This document shows, one piece after another, positions 1-10,000 of a stretch of 64,000 bases of DNA. Numbering within the stretch: position 1 is the stretch's first letter; every line of letters begins with the position of its first letter. The position numbers and the translations under genes are program-made. The stretch lies in contig OZ244779.1 in assembly GCA_965219575.1 (NCBI GenBank), positions 1,388,769-1,452,768 of the forward strand, written 5' to 3'. Below the pieces are notes generated by a model. The model did not search any database. It worked only from the letters and a program-made list of their open reading frames with translations, and had not been told where the DNA came from. This DNA comes from Candidatus Oxydemutatoraceae bacterium (GTDB taxonomy: Bacteria; Pseudomonadota; Gammaproteobacteria; Poriferisulfidales; Oxydemutatoraceae).

Positions 1-1
1 C

Positions 2-481
2 ACTTCCATACCCGACGAGCGTTTGAAAACCATAGAGACACTGGCGGCAGCGGGTGTTCCTACCGGGGTGATTGCCGCACCGATGATACCGTTTCTAAAC
101 GATCACGAAATGGAACACATACTCGAATCAGCCCGCAGTGCGGGTGCCGTATACGCAGGCTATATCCTGCTACGCTTGCCGCACGAACTAAAAACCCTAT
201 TCAAGGAATGGCTGGAACAACACTATCCCGAACGCGCACAACGTATACTGAACCGCCTAAAAGATTGCCACGACGGCAAACTATACCGATCATCCTTTAA
301 GTCGCGCATGAAAGGGAAAGGGTGGTATGCCGATATGCTCGCTCAGCGTTTCAAGATAGCGTATCGCCGTATCGGTTTTAGTTCTCGTGCTGAATTGGAT
401 TGCTCGCAGTTTCAACCACCGGCGAAAGATTCGGCGCAACTCGACTTATTCGGTATAGATAGAGATACATCACCCGCCTAG
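2..481 (+). CDS. Radical SAM protein (PA0069/Rv2578c, SplB-like family), C-terminal part; 5' end lies outside the window
   Basis: Frame open from the window start; GVPTGVIAAPMIPFLND and YILLRLPHELKTLFKEWL motifs; C-terminal QLDLF clamp-binding-like motif. Confidence 0.75.
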   Translation, partial: TSIPDERLKTIETLAAAGVPTGVIAAPMIPFLNDHEMEHILESARSAGAVYAGYILLRLPHELKTLFKEWLEQHYPERAQRILNRLKDCHDGKLYRSSFKSRMKGKGWYADMLAQRFKIAYRRIGFSSRAELDCSQFQPPAKDSAQLDLFGIDRDTSPA

Positions 482-519
482 GTTATCGCACGCATACAAA
501 TTGCCCCGACTATATATCG

Positions 520-1641
520 ATGAAAAAAAATCCCGAGCTATTACTGATAGCAACGAACGCGCGTATATTGATCGAATCGGCAGCGCGCGGCGGCTATGAT
601 GCCGTGGTAATAGACGGCTTCTGTGATCGTGAAGTGAGGCAGCATGCAGTTTCTGCAACACGCGTCGCATTACGCAGCGAAGGGGGTTTGGACGATACCG
701 CACTCGCCGAAGCGATTAGACAGACGAGCAGACGATATGCCGAGACTCTCCGAACTCTGGTTATAGGTTCGGGTATCGAAGGCTGCAAAACCTCGCTCGA
801 GGTGATTCGACAAAGCGATATACAACGACAGGGTAATCAATACGAATACCGAGGATATAGCAAAAACAGAAGTCTCAAGCTATCATCGGATCGAGTGATG
901 TCTATGCCCGATAACATACCACCTTATCTATATAAATCGGTAATCGGTAGCGGCGGGGTGCATATCCATAGAGATGACGACTACCGAGATATAAAACAAG
1001 GCTATTATCGCCAGAGTTATCTACCGTTGACAAGTATCTCGCATCTATTCTTAGCCGATGGCGATCAAATTGAAACGGTGGGTTTCAGCGTACAGTGGCA
1101 TTCCAAGCACGATCCGAAGCATCCTTTTTGTTACGGCGGCGCAATCGGTGCGCATTTTTTGGATCAATCGTGTATCGCACAGGCGGAGGCGGTGGCCGAG
1201 AAATTCAATTTAATCGGTTTGAATAATATCGATTATTTATACGACGGAAGCAGACTTTATTTTTTAGAATTAAACCCGAGACCGAGTGCGACGATGACAC
1301 TCTACGACGAAGATTATGCCGACGGTCTATTGCACGCGCATATCGAAGCATGCGAAGGCAAAGGTTTGACGAGACGATCACAAGGCGTGTCGGTGTGCAG
1401 AACGTTTGCTATTTTTTATACCGACGAAGCGATACAATTACCGAATGATTTTGAATGGCCGATCGAAGCCAGAGATGTTCCGATGGAAAATCCCGCAGGT
1501 TATTATTTTGAAAAGAATGCACCGGTTTGTACCTTGCATGTAAATGCCGGGGATATCGGCAGTGCACTCACCGGTGTGCAGAACCGAATTCGGGATTTGC
1601 AAAGATACATCACACAAACATCGAAGACAACTCAATTCTGA
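520..1641 (+). CDS. orfY: ATP-grasp protein of H4MPT/methylofuran cluster (OrfY-like)
   Basis: ATP-grasp LELNPRPSAT motif; directly upstream of mch as in the conserved orfY-mch-orf5-orf7-fae order. Confidence 0.7.
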   Translation: MKKNPELLLIATNARILIESAARGGYDAVVIDGFCDREVRQHAVSATRVALRSEGGLDDTALAEAIRQTSRRYAETLRTLVIGSGIEGCKTSLEVIRQSDIQRQGNQYEYRGYSKNRSLKLSSDRVMSMPDNIPPYLYKSVIGSGGVHIHRDDDYRDIKQGYYRQSYLPLTSISHLFLADGDQIETVGFSVQWHSKHDPKHPFCYGGAIGAHFLDQSCIAQAEAVAEKFNLIGLNNIDYLYDGSRLYFLELNPRPSATMTLYDEDYADGLLHAHIEACEGKGLTRRSQGVSVCRTFAIFYTDEAIQLPNDFEWPIEARDVPMENPAGYYFEKNAPVCTLHVNAGDIGSALTGVQNRIRDLQRYITQTSKTTQF

Positions 1642-1661
1642 AATAAACAGGGAGCAATATT

Positions 1662-2630
1662 ATGAAACACTCGAGTATCGGCATTAACAAACTCGCACAG
1701 CCTTTGGTAGAACAACTCTGTTCACAAGCCGATAGGTTTGCCGTGTCGGTTACGAGGGCAGAAAATCATACTCGTATCGTCGATGCCGGCATTAAGTCGC
1801 ACGGAAGCCTAGAGGCGGGTCGATTGATTGCAGAGATTTGTTTAGGTGGACTCGGACGCGTTTCACTCACGCACGACGGTGTTGCCGCGAATTGGCCGCT
1901 GAGCGTGCATGTAAGCACGGTCAATCCGGTTTTGGCATGTCTGGCATCGCAATATGCGGGCTGGAGTTTAGCGCACAAAGAGAATAATAAAAAATTTCAA
2001 GCCTTAGGGTCGGGTCCGGCTCGGGCTTTAGCGTGTCGTGAGGATTTGTTTGAAGAGCTTGCCTACCGAGATCAATCGGATCACGGCGTTATCGTGCTGG
2101 AGGTAGATGAATATCCACCGTTGCCCTTGCTCGACAAAATTGCCTCGCAATGCGGTATAGAAGCCTGCAATTTGACTGTGATTTTGACACCGACATGTAG
2201 TTTGGCAGGGTCTATGCAAGTTGTGGCAAGAGTTCTGGAAGTTGCGTTACATAAAGTACACGAGTTAGGGTTTGAATTAGACGATATTATAGATGGATGC
2301 GGAAGCGCACCTTTCCCGCCGCCGGCCAAGGATTTTATTACCGGCATGGGGCGTACCAACGATGCGATATTGTTTGCCGGACGCGTACACCTATTCGTCA
2401 ACGGCGAGATCGATGCTGCACAGAGCTTAGCACAAAAGCTACCAAGCAATACTTCGCGCGATTATGGCAGACCTTTTGCCGAGGTATTCAAGGATTACAA
2501 ATACGATTTTTTCAAGATAGACCCCATGTTGTTCAGTCCTGCACAAATCGCAGTCAGTCATTTGCCGAGCGGTAAAACTTTCCATGCCGGCGTTATCGCA
2601 TTGGATTTACTTGAAAGCTCTTTTGATTAA
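1662..2630 (+). CDS. mch: Methenyltetrahydromethanopterin cyclohydrolase
   Basis: [29 protein letters not shown] and [12 protein letters not shown] motifs. Confidence 0.95.
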   Translation: MKHSSIGINKLAQPLVEQLCSQADRFAVSVTRAENHTRIVDAGIKSHGSLEAGRLIAEICLGGLGRVSLTHDGVAANWPLSVHVSTVNPVLACLASQYAGWSLAHKENNKKFQALGSGPARALACREDLFEELAYRDQSDHGVIVLEVDEYPPLPLLDKIASQCGIEACNLTVILTPTCSLAGSMQVVARVLEVALHKVHELGFELDDIIDGCGSAPFPPPAKDFITGMGRTNDAILFAGRVHLFVNGEIDAAQSLAQKLPSNTSRDYGRPFAEVFKDYKYDFFKIDPMLFSPAQIAVSHLPSGKTFHAGVIALDLLESSFD

Positions 2631-2639
2631 ATTGAAAAA

Positions 2640-3530
2640 ATGACCGAAATTGCTTTGATCAGTGATGCCCCGGGTTGGCATTGCGAACAGTTGCAAGAAG
2701 CATTTGCCGCACACCGATGTGAAGTTAAGACTGTTGCATTAAACGATTGTACGATTTCCACGCAAAGTGAGATCAATATACAACTTCCCGGTTTCGTCGA
2801 TTATCTGCCGAGTGGTGTTTTTGTTCGTGGTATACCGGCGGGCTCTCTGGAAAGCGTGGTTTTTCATTTGGACATATTACATGGCTTGGCAAAGCTTGGT
2901 GTCCATGTATATAACGATGCACGAATGATAGAATGCAGCGTCGATAAAGCGATGACTAGTTTTTTATTAAGAAATGCCGGTATAGCGACACCTCCGACTT
3001 GGGTGACCGTAGACTATAAAAAAGCCTGTGCAATCGTTCAAAGGCTTGCCGATCAGGGTCAAGCCGTAGTCCTAAAACCGATTTTCGGCTCTCAAGGCAA
3101 AGATTTACAGCTTATACATAATGTTTCGGAGCTACCCGAGCCAAGCGACGAACAACCTCGGGCATATTATTTGCAACAATTTATAGAAAATGCCAAGCCG
3201 TATGATTGGCGAGTATTCGTAGTCGGAGATCAGGTTGTCTCGGCAATGCAAAGGCAAGGATGCGGTTGGGTGAACAATGCCGCACAAGGTGCCGAATGTC
3301 GTCATGCCACTATCGGTGATGAAGCTGCCACACTTGCGGTCGAAGCGGTGCGTGCTGTAGGGCTATTTTATGGCGGAGTGGATTTAATAAGCGGCACGAA
3401 TAATATCATACAAGTGATTGAAATAAATAGTATTCCTGCTTGGAAATATTTGCAAAGTGTGAGCTCGGTTAATATTGCCGAATATATGGTGGACCACTTC
3501 ATGGCAACCCGCTATTGCCGTGACATCTGA
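2640..3530 (+). CDS. RimK-family ATP-grasp glutamate ligase (Orf5-like, C1-cofactor polyglutamylation)
   Basis: VLKPIFGSQG, DWRVFVVG, IEINSIPAW; located after mch. Confidence 0.85.
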   Translation: MTEIALISDAPGWHCEQLQEAFAAHRCEVKTVALNDCTISTQSEINIQLPGFVDYLPSGVFVRGIPAGSLESVVFHLDILHGLAKLGVHVYNDARMIECSVDKAMTSFLLRNAGIATPPTWVTVDYKKACAIVQRLADQGQAVVLKPIFGSQGKDLQLIHNVSELPEPSDEQPRAYYLQQFIENAKPYDWRVFVVGDQVVSAMQRQGCGWVNNAAQGAECRHATIGDEAATLAVEAVRAVGLFYGGVDLISGTNNIIQVIEINSIPAWKYLQSVSSVNIAEYMVDHFMATRYCRDI

Positions 3531-4359
3531 TCAAACTCAAAGACTGGAAACACTATTTTTATCGGCTTGCCGTGCCGATATAGAAGCGATTAAACCCGGC
3601 AATGTCAGTATTCATTCCGCCGGACACCGAATGTGCGGCGAAGATTTTATAAAAAGCGCACAAGCCTGTGTAGCTGCAATTTGCACACCACAAAGCAGTC
3701 TGGGCGAGCGTATTCTCCGTGCGGTTCAGGATACCCGAAAGGTGGTATCGATGAATACCAACCTCGGTATTATTTTGTTGTGTGCACCACCGATACAGGC
3801 GATTTATTCCGGCAACGGAAAATCGCTAAAACAATCTTTGAAGCAAGTATTGGCGAATACTACGGTAGACGATGCACGCTCGGTGTATCGTGCGATCCGC
3901 CTTGCCGAGGCCGGCGGCTTAGGACATGTAGAGCAAGCCGATATCTCTACGAACCCCGATATTTCCTTGCTGGAAGCGATGCGTTTAGCGCAACGACGAG
4001 ATTTAATCGCCGCCCAATACGCTACGGATTATAGTGCTATCTTTGAGCAGGCACGCCCGACCTTGCTTGCATTTTATTCCAAATGGGGCTATAATCTGTC
4101 GGCTGTGAGCGGTGTCTATATGAAACTGCTCGCCACGTATCCAGATAGTTTAATTACACGCAAGCGGGGGGAAGCAACTGCACTTTATGTGCTTGAGCTT
4201 GCTTCTGCATTGTATAAGAAATACTGTCGCAGGGATGAACCCGGAGCTTTTGATGCTAAACTGCTTGAGTTTGATCGTAAACTGAAGGAAAACAATATCA
4301 ACCCGGGAACTACGGCCGATATGACCGTTGCAACTGTTTTTCTAACTAGTCTGGGTTAA
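3520..4359 (+). CDS. CitG-like triphosphoribosyl-dephospho-CoA synthase family protein (Orf7-like)
   Basis: KPGNV, NTNLGIILL and NPGTTAD motifs; probable GTG start at 3520. Confidence 0.85.
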   Translation: MTSDQTQRLETLFLSACRADIEAIKPGNVSIHSAGHRMCGEDFIKSAQACVAAICTPQSSLGERILRAVQDTRKVVSMNTNLGIILLCAPPIQAIYSGNGKSLKQSLKQVLANTTVDDARSVYRAIRLAEAGGLGHVEQADISTNPDISLLEAMRLAQRRDLIAAQYATDYSAIFEQARPTLLAFYSKWGYNLSAVSGVYMKLLATYPDSLITRKRGEATALYVLELASALYKKYCRRDEPGAFDAKLLEFDRKLKENNINPGTTADMTVATVFLTSLG

Positions 4360-4383
4360 TACATACTCAATTGATAAGGAGAA

Positions 4384-4914
4384 ATGTCAATGCAAATTAG
4401 TAAAGTAATGGTAGGCGAAGCCCTAGTCAACGACAACGACCCGTCCGGGACGATGGCCGAAATCGCCCATATAGACTTAATTATGGGACCGCGCGGTTCG
4501 GCTGTCGAAACAGCCTTCTGCAGTGGTTTGGTTAATAATAAAGATGGTTTTACTTCCTTGTTGGCGGTGATTGCACCCAATCTGCCTTGTAAGCCTAACA
4601 CAATGATGTTTAATAAGGTCACGATCAAAGGTCAAAAGCAAGCCGTACAGATGTTCGGACCCGCACAAGCGGCGGTAGCCAAAGCTGTTCAGGATTGTGT
4701 TGCCGACGGAATTATCCCCCAAGACGAAGCAGACGATATCTATATCTGTGTGGGTGTTTTCATTCACTGGCAGGCTGAAAGCGATCAGGCGATTTATGAA
4801 AACAACCATAAGGCAGTTAAAATGGCAATAGAAAATGCCATCAGCGGTAAGCCGACGGCAGCCGAAGCAACTGCTCAAAAAGACAGCGCAGAACATCCTT
4901 TCAAAGGCTTCTAA
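4384..4914 (+). CDS. fae: Formaldehyde-activating enzyme
   Basis: [41 protein letters not shown]; AAGGAG RBS upstream. Confidence 0.95.
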   Translation: MSMQISKVMVGEALVNDNDPSGTMAEIAHIDLIMGPRGSAVETAFCSGLVNNKDGFTSLLAVIAPNLPCKPNTMMFNKVTIKGQKQAVQMFGPAQAAVAKAVQDCVADGIIPQDEADDIYICVGVFIHWQAESDQAIYENNHKAVKMAIENAISGKPTAAEATAQKDSAEHPFKGF

Positions 4915-4931
4915 AACCTTAAAAGAAAATT

Positions 4932-4968
4932 AAAAAACCCCGATAACTATTTGTTTTCGGGGTTTTTT
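4932..4968 (+). terminator. Intrinsic terminator after fae (possibly bidirectional)
   Basis: AAAAAACCCCGA...TCGGGGTTTTTT inverted repeat with A and T tracts. Confidence 0.8.
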
Positions 4969-5038
4969 ATGTTACTAAAATAATCGCATACACCTCCCAT
5001 ACCTCACCGTGGCTCACCGCGATACGGGTTGAGCTGCG

Positions 5039-5560
5039 ATGACCAAAGCTAGGTTAAAAGCCTTTCCACCTATCGCAACTCCAAGTGCCGAGATACTGAT
5101 ACTCGGTTCCATGCCGAGTGCCGCATCGCTCGCCGACCATCAATATTATGCACATCCGCGTAATCACTTCTGGTTAATTATGGGTGCATTATTCGGCACG
5201 GATGCAAAGCGATGCTACGCCGACCGCTGTCGCAACCTAAGCGATCATCGTATCGCATTGTGGGATGTAATCGCCGGTTGTATGCGTCGCGGAAGTCTCG
5301 ATTCGGACATCGTCGAAGAAAGTATCAGAGTCAATAATTTCAATACCTTTTTCAACAAATATACTGCAATTCATTCGGTTTTTTTTAACGGTGGCAAAGC
5401 CGAACAAGTCTATCGCAAATACATATTGCATACGCTACCTGCCGACCTCAATCTGGAATATCATAGATTGCCCTCGAGTAGTCCGGCGAACGCAACATGG
5501 AGTTTAGCCGAGAAATTAAAGGCATGGCAAGTTGTCAAGCAAAAGGCCCATATTAATTAG
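5039..5560 (+). CDS. UDG-superfamily DNA-deoxyinosine (hypoxanthine) glycosylase
   Basis: ILILGSMPS, QYYAHPRNHFW, GSLDSDI, LPSSSPANA motifs. Confidence 0.85.
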   Translation: MTKARLKAFPPIATPSAEILILGSMPSAASLADHQYYAHPRNHFWLIMGALFGTDAKRCYADRCRNLSDHRIALWDVIAGCMRRGSLDSDIVEESIRVNNFNTFFNKYTAIHSVFFNGGKAEQVYRKYILHTLPADLNLEYHRLPSSSPANATWSLAEKLKAWQVVKQKAHIN

Positions 5561-5580
5561 AGAACGTCGGCCACTCCGAA

Positions 5581-8055
5581 TTATTGTAGAGGACCTTCTA
5601 AAAATAATTTGATACGCAGCAGAACACCTATAATCACGGTGAGCCCATACCTTTCCGTTGCATTGTTATGCGTCACATCGATGTAGACATTATTTGCTCC
5701 GGAAAATAACGGCATTATGGTGACCGAATCGCCGCTCACAACGACCTGGTTGATTGCGGTGCCGTCATCCGGCGTATAGCGTACCCTGATGGTGCGACCG
5801 GTCAAGACCGTAGGTGTCATCGTAACAGTGGTCATAGTATTTTCCACATTGACATAGTAATCTAAGTTGTCGAGACTAAAATCGGGGTTTAGTTCCAGCA
5901 TTTGTGAGTCTGCTTCCACTATGAGTCCGGTTAAAGTTGCCGTACTCAAGCGTCTTATGAATAAGTTGTAATCCCTCGTAGCCATGCCGTCTGCCGTTGT
6001 TAGCGACACGGTAATCGTATTGTTGCCTACGCTTAGTAGCACCGTACTATTGCGACTACTGTTGTAAGTAATCGTATGTGCGGTACTATCTGCCGTAGCC
6101 GTTATTTCAATTTGGTCTATAGTGTTTGCCACGATTGCTCGGTAATTTATCGTTGCATCCGAGCATGTTATGAAGGTCGGGTTGAGTGATCCCGATGATA
6201 AGGAGAGGGCGGTCAAACAAGGTTCTAATCGCCTCACAGTCAGGGTATATCTTGTCGTTGCTTTATTGTCCGACGTACTTACTGCAATAGTAATGTTATT
6301 GTTTCCTACATTCAGAGGAACTACATCTCCGGTTATAGAATTTCCGTTAACGGTGATGGCAACCCTATGTCCGGTACTATTGGCTGTAGGAGTTAATGTG
6401 ATTCGTTCTATATCGCTGTCTACGGTTGCGATATATCGTGTTGATGCATTACTGCATTGATTTGGATTACCGAAGGTCGGGTTGGGTGATCCCGGTGACA
6501 AGGAGAGAGCGGTCAAGCAGGGCTCTAATCGCCTCACGGTTAGGGTATATCTTGTCGTTGCTTTATTGTCCTGCGTCCTTACGGAAATAACTATGGTATT
6601 ATCTCCCACATTCAAAGGAACTATATTTCCGGTTATAGAATTTCCGTTAGCGGTAATGGTGACCCTATGCCTGGTACTATCGGCTGTGGGAGTTAATGTG
6701 ATTCGTTCTATATCGCTGTCTACGGTTGCGGTATATCGTGTTGATGCATTACTGCATTGATTTGGATTACCGAAGGTCGGGTTGGGTGATCCCGATGATA
6801 AAGAGAGGTCGGTCAAACAGGGCTCTAGTCGTCTCACAGTTAAGATATACCTTGTCGTTGCTCGATTGTCCCGCGTCCCTACGGAAATAACTATGGTATT
6901 GTCTCCCACATTCAAAGGAACTAAATTTTTGGTTGTAGAATTTCCGTTGGCGGTGATGGTAACCCTATGTCCGGCACTATTGGCTGTAGGGGTTAATGTG
7001 ATTCGTTCTATATCGCTGTCTACGGTTGTCGCATACCGAAATCTCTCTCTATTAAAGTCAGGGTTGAGTGTTCCCGTAGATAAAGATAACCCGATCAAAG
7101 CAGGGCTTTGGCGTGATTTAAGTACGGGGTACTGATTAGATGTACCAAAATCCCACACCTCGGTACTCCATCTACGATATATCCCGGTTGCCGCTGTTGG
7201 TGATTGCAATTCCATAGTAGTTTTACCTTGATTGCGGCCACCTCTCGTTATTCCACTCGTATTTATGTCCCAGTAGCTATTCGCAATGCTTCCTTCATTC
7301 TCACCGACTAAACCGCCTACATCCTGATTTCCCGAAACAGAACCTGTCGCATAGCTGTTCGTGATAGTTCCCTCACTATAACCGACTAAACCGCCTATAT
7401 CCTCATTTCCCGAAACAGAATTCGTCGAATAGCTGTTCGCGATGCTTCCTTCACTTTCACCGATTAAACCGCCTACATCCTCGTTTCCCGAAACAGAACC
7501 TGTCGCATAGCTATTCGCAATGCTTCCTTCATTCTCACCGACTAAACCGCCTACACTATTATTTCCTCTGATATGTACATTTAGTAAACCAATACGAGTA
7601 ATTTCGGCCCGGCCTCTTGTACGACCGAACAGACCGATATAATTACTACCACGTCTTTTAATCATAAGACCGGAGATAGTATAGCCGTTGCCGTCAAACC
7701 GCTCTCTGAAAGGGTTTCGAGAATTTCCAATCGGCTGCCAACCTGCTCGCGTAGTCCATCTAGTCCTGTTCGTTGCCGAACTATAGCTAGCACTGTCATT
7801 AAAGTCTAAATCTCTGACTAGTTCGTAACCTACACAACCATTAGATGGACAACCCGAGGTACTCCTGTTTGTCATACGGATTGCATTTAAGTCCTCTAAA
7901 TAGCATATTTCTATCAATCTATCGTTATCATCGTCAACATCAGGAGTGTTGCATGCATCAGGAAGTGCTGTTTGTGCACTTACGGTGCTAAAAAATACGA
8001 TGTAGGATAAAAAAATTAATGTTGTAATCAAACTAGTTTTAACGATTTTTTTCAT
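5581..8055 (-). CDS. Large secreted surface protein with GLUG repeats and cadherin-like beta-sandwich repeats
   Basis: Signal peptide MKKIVKT...VSA (probable start 8055; ORF extends to 8166); VGGLVG..NSYATGSV repeats; ~100-aa LSLS.G.LNP.F repeats. Confidence 0.75.
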   Translation of the reverse strand: MKKIVKTSLITTLIFLSYIVFFSTVSAQTALPDACNTPDVDDDNDRLIEICYLEDLNAIRMTNRSTSGCPSNGCVGYELVRDLDFNDSASYSSATNRTRWTTRAGWQPIGNSRNPFRERFDGNGYTISGLMIKRRGSNYIGLFGRTRGRAEITRIGLLNVHIRGNNSVGGLVGENEGSIANSYATGSVSGNEDVGGLIGESEGSIANSYSTNSVSGNEDIGGLVGYSEGTITNSYATGSVSGNQDVGGLVGENEGSIANSYWDINTSGITRGGRNQGKTTMELQSPTAATGIYRRWSTEVWDFGTSNQYPVLKSRQSPALIGLSLSTGTLNPDFNRERFRYATTVDSDIERITLTPTANSAGHRVTITANGNSTTKNLVPLNVGDNTIVISVGTRDNRATTRYILTVRRLEPCLTDLSLSSGSPNPTFGNPNQCSNASTRYTATVDSDIERITLTPTADSTRHRVTITANGNSITGNIVPLNVGDNTIVISVRTQDNKATTRYTLTVRRLEPCLTALSLSPGSPNPTFGNPNQCSNASTRYIATVDSDIERITLTPTANSTGHRVAITVNGNSITGDVVPLNVGNNNITIAVSTSDNKATTRYTLTVRRLEPCLTALSLSSGSLNPTFITCSDATINYRAIVANTIDQIEITATADSTAHTITYNSSRNSTVLLSVGNNTITVSLTTADGMATRDYNLFIRRLSTATLTGLIVEADSQMLELNPDFSLDNLDYYVNVENTMTTVTMTPTVLTGRTIRVRYTPDDGTAINQVVVSGDSVTIMPLFSGANNVYIDVTHNNATERYGLTVIIGVLLRIKLFLEGPLQ
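6170..7085. repeat. Intragenic tandem repeat with a 300-bp period (cadherin-like domains)
   Basis: GTTG(A/G)GTGATCCCG recurs at 6181, 6481 and 6781 with high identity between units. Confidence 0.9.
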
Positions 8056-8319
8056 TAGAGGAGAAACTATGAGCAGTGTAGGATTTTTATGCTTTATTTC
8101 GGAATTTGGTATCGTTGCCTTCTTGTTATTATAGTAAATATAAAGATTTATGTGGAAAATCATCAACTATTATTTTTCACCTATGAGCTAAGGTCGGGCA
8201 TGGCAAGTTGTCAAGCAAAAGGCTGATATAATCAACTCATTAATCAATACGAAGTAAGACTTAAATGAAGATAAAGTTATGCAATGCCTAGAATGTGGTA
8301 AAGAGATTTCGCTTTTATT

Positions 8320-8448
8320 GCCGGGAGTGGGTCAACATTGATCGCAGCAAAATTACTAGAACGTCAGTATCTAGGTTTTGAGTCGGATTCGAATTATGTG
8401 AACATCTGTAAAAACAGACTGGTTCCGGAACGCGTCGCGCCGGCATGA
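8320..8448 (+). pseudogene. C-terminal fragment of an N4/N6 DNA methyltransferase
   Basis: Translates to AGSGSTLIAAKLLERQYLGFESDSNYVNICKNRL..., resembling SAM-binding motif I and the C-terminal helix of beta-class MTases; no N-terminal part. Confidence 0.7.
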
Positions 8449-8595
8449 TTTATACATTTATTCATCCAATTTATGGAAACCAAAACCAAATGGCGCAAGC
8501 AGTTGCGGTTATTACGAAGGGCGGACATGTTAGTCCGCCCTCACACATGCAGGTTACGTTGCGGTTGTATAAACATTGCATACTTTTTTAACAGT
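8429..8595. repeat. Partial copy of REP-containing MITE-like repeat
   Basis: TTTATGGAAACCAAAACCAAATGGCGCAAG module, GGGCGGAC-N6-GTCCGCCC hairpin, degenerate TTTTTTAACAG terminus. Confidence 0.8.
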
Positions 8596-8758
8596 TCTAA
8601 ATTCCACATGCCAATATCATAGATTACCCTCTAGTAGTTCGGCGAACGCAACATGGAGTTTAGCCGAGAAATTAAAAGCATGGCAAGTTGTAAAGTAAAA
8701 GGCTGATATAATTAGCCAATCAGTCAATACGAGATACGACTTAAATGGAGACAAAGTT

Positions 8759-10000
8759 ATGCAATGCCTAGAATGTGGCAAAGAGATTTCGCTTTTAGAC
8801 AACGAGCACTTGGCACGATGTTGTGGCTTGACGCTACAAGAATACGCACTGCGCCATAAATTGCCGCTGGATATACTCGTGCCACCGTCCCAAATCAATG
8901 CCGGCGACGACCCCGGCGGTTATCGCTATCTAAAAGCAGCGGCTTCGGGTGATGCAAAATTAACCATCGCTGCGTTGGATGCATGCGGTGCGTTGTCCGA
9001 TGACGATAACTTTTACACGATTCACGGTGAAGTTAGGCGCTTAGATTTTTTGTTCTGGTTACGGCAGGCACTGCTTGATTACGGATTTGAGTTTAGACAA
9101 GAATACATCTACAACGACGATACACATCGAGTCGTTGCCTTAAATCGTCTAAAAACTCCGAGACGTTCTTTGGATATCTATGGCACAGAGGAATTGGAGC
9201 GACTGAACGATGCCGATTTCTTAAATTTTGTTGCGCTGAGCATTGCAACCAAAGCGGAACTCCACGGCGAGTATTTATTTTTGCGATACCGCAATACGCA
9301 TTGTGCCGATTGGGTTTGTCGCAGACTAAAAGCGTCGTTTAAGGTTCATCTGATTAGACTCGATGCTATCGGTGGCGACGGTGCATTGTTGCGTAGTAAA
9401 ACGATTGCCGATAGTCGTACATTGCTACACCTGATAGAGTCGATGCTGAACGAACTACCGTGCACCGGTGAGCGTTTTTATCCGACGACACCCGAGGCAT
9501 CGGTCACCAAAGAATTGGTCTTTGATTCCGCGCATTTTATTACCGACCATCCCGGCAATTGCGCCAATCTGCACGGCGGACGCTATAAACTGAATGTGAC
9601 GATTACCGATGTCATCGATCCTTACAATGGCTTCGTAATGGATTACGGTTATTTGAAAACCGTCATAGTACAACGAGTTATCAAAAAACTGGATCATAAA
9701 AACCTGAATCTCAGCGATGCATCGCTGAGTTGGCGGTCGTCCACCGAGATATTGAGTGCATTTATTTGGCAACAATTAATAGACTATTTACCCAATCTTT
9801 CGGAGTTGTTGATTTACGAGACCGACAGTTCGTATTGTCGTTTTAGCGGACCTACCCTGGAAGATTTGCAGAACGGTGCAGAATGCATGCCTTCGGCTTT
9901 TCAGCAAAAGCAGTTAGGACATAATCCCGCACGCAGGCGGGCGTTGAATGCTTTGCATCCGATTCATCTGGATTTAGTAGCAAACGCCGACAAATCATGA
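8759..10000 (+). CDS. QueD/6-pyruvoyl-tetrahydropterin synthase-like domain fused to a long N-terminal region with a CxxC...H...C motif
   Basis: C-terminal FDSAHF..CANLHG.Y, MDYG.LK, LDHKNLN, STE, YETD; N-terminal CLECGKE...HLARCC. Confidence 0.7.
   Translation: MQCLECGKEISLLDNEHLARCCGLTLQEYALRHKLPLDILVPPSQINAGDDPGGYRYLKAAASGDAKLTIAALDACGALSDDDNFYTIHGEVRRLDFLFWLRQALLDYGFEFRQEYIYNDDTHRVVALNRLKTPRRSLDIYGTEELERLNDADFLNFVALSIATKAELHGEYLFLRYRNTHCADWVCRRLKASFKVHLIRLDAIGGDGALLRSKTIADSRTLLHLIESMLNELPCTGERFYPTTPEASVTKELVFDSAHFITDHPGNCANLHGGRYKLNVTITDVIDPYNGFVMDYGYLKTVIVQRVIKKLDHKNLNLSDASLSWRSSTEILSAFIWQQLIDYLPNLSELLIYETDSSYCRFSGPTLEDLQNGAECMPSAFQQKQLGHNPARRRALNALHPIHLDLVANADKS

Noticed and set aside
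6170-7135. Three similar plus-strand ORFs
   Set aside because: They are antisense shadows of the 300-bp repeats in the minus-strand surface-protein gene.
5457-8797. Near-identical repeats as a diversity-generating retroelement TR/VR pair
   Set aside because: No reverse transcriptase in the window, and the differences are not adenine-specific.
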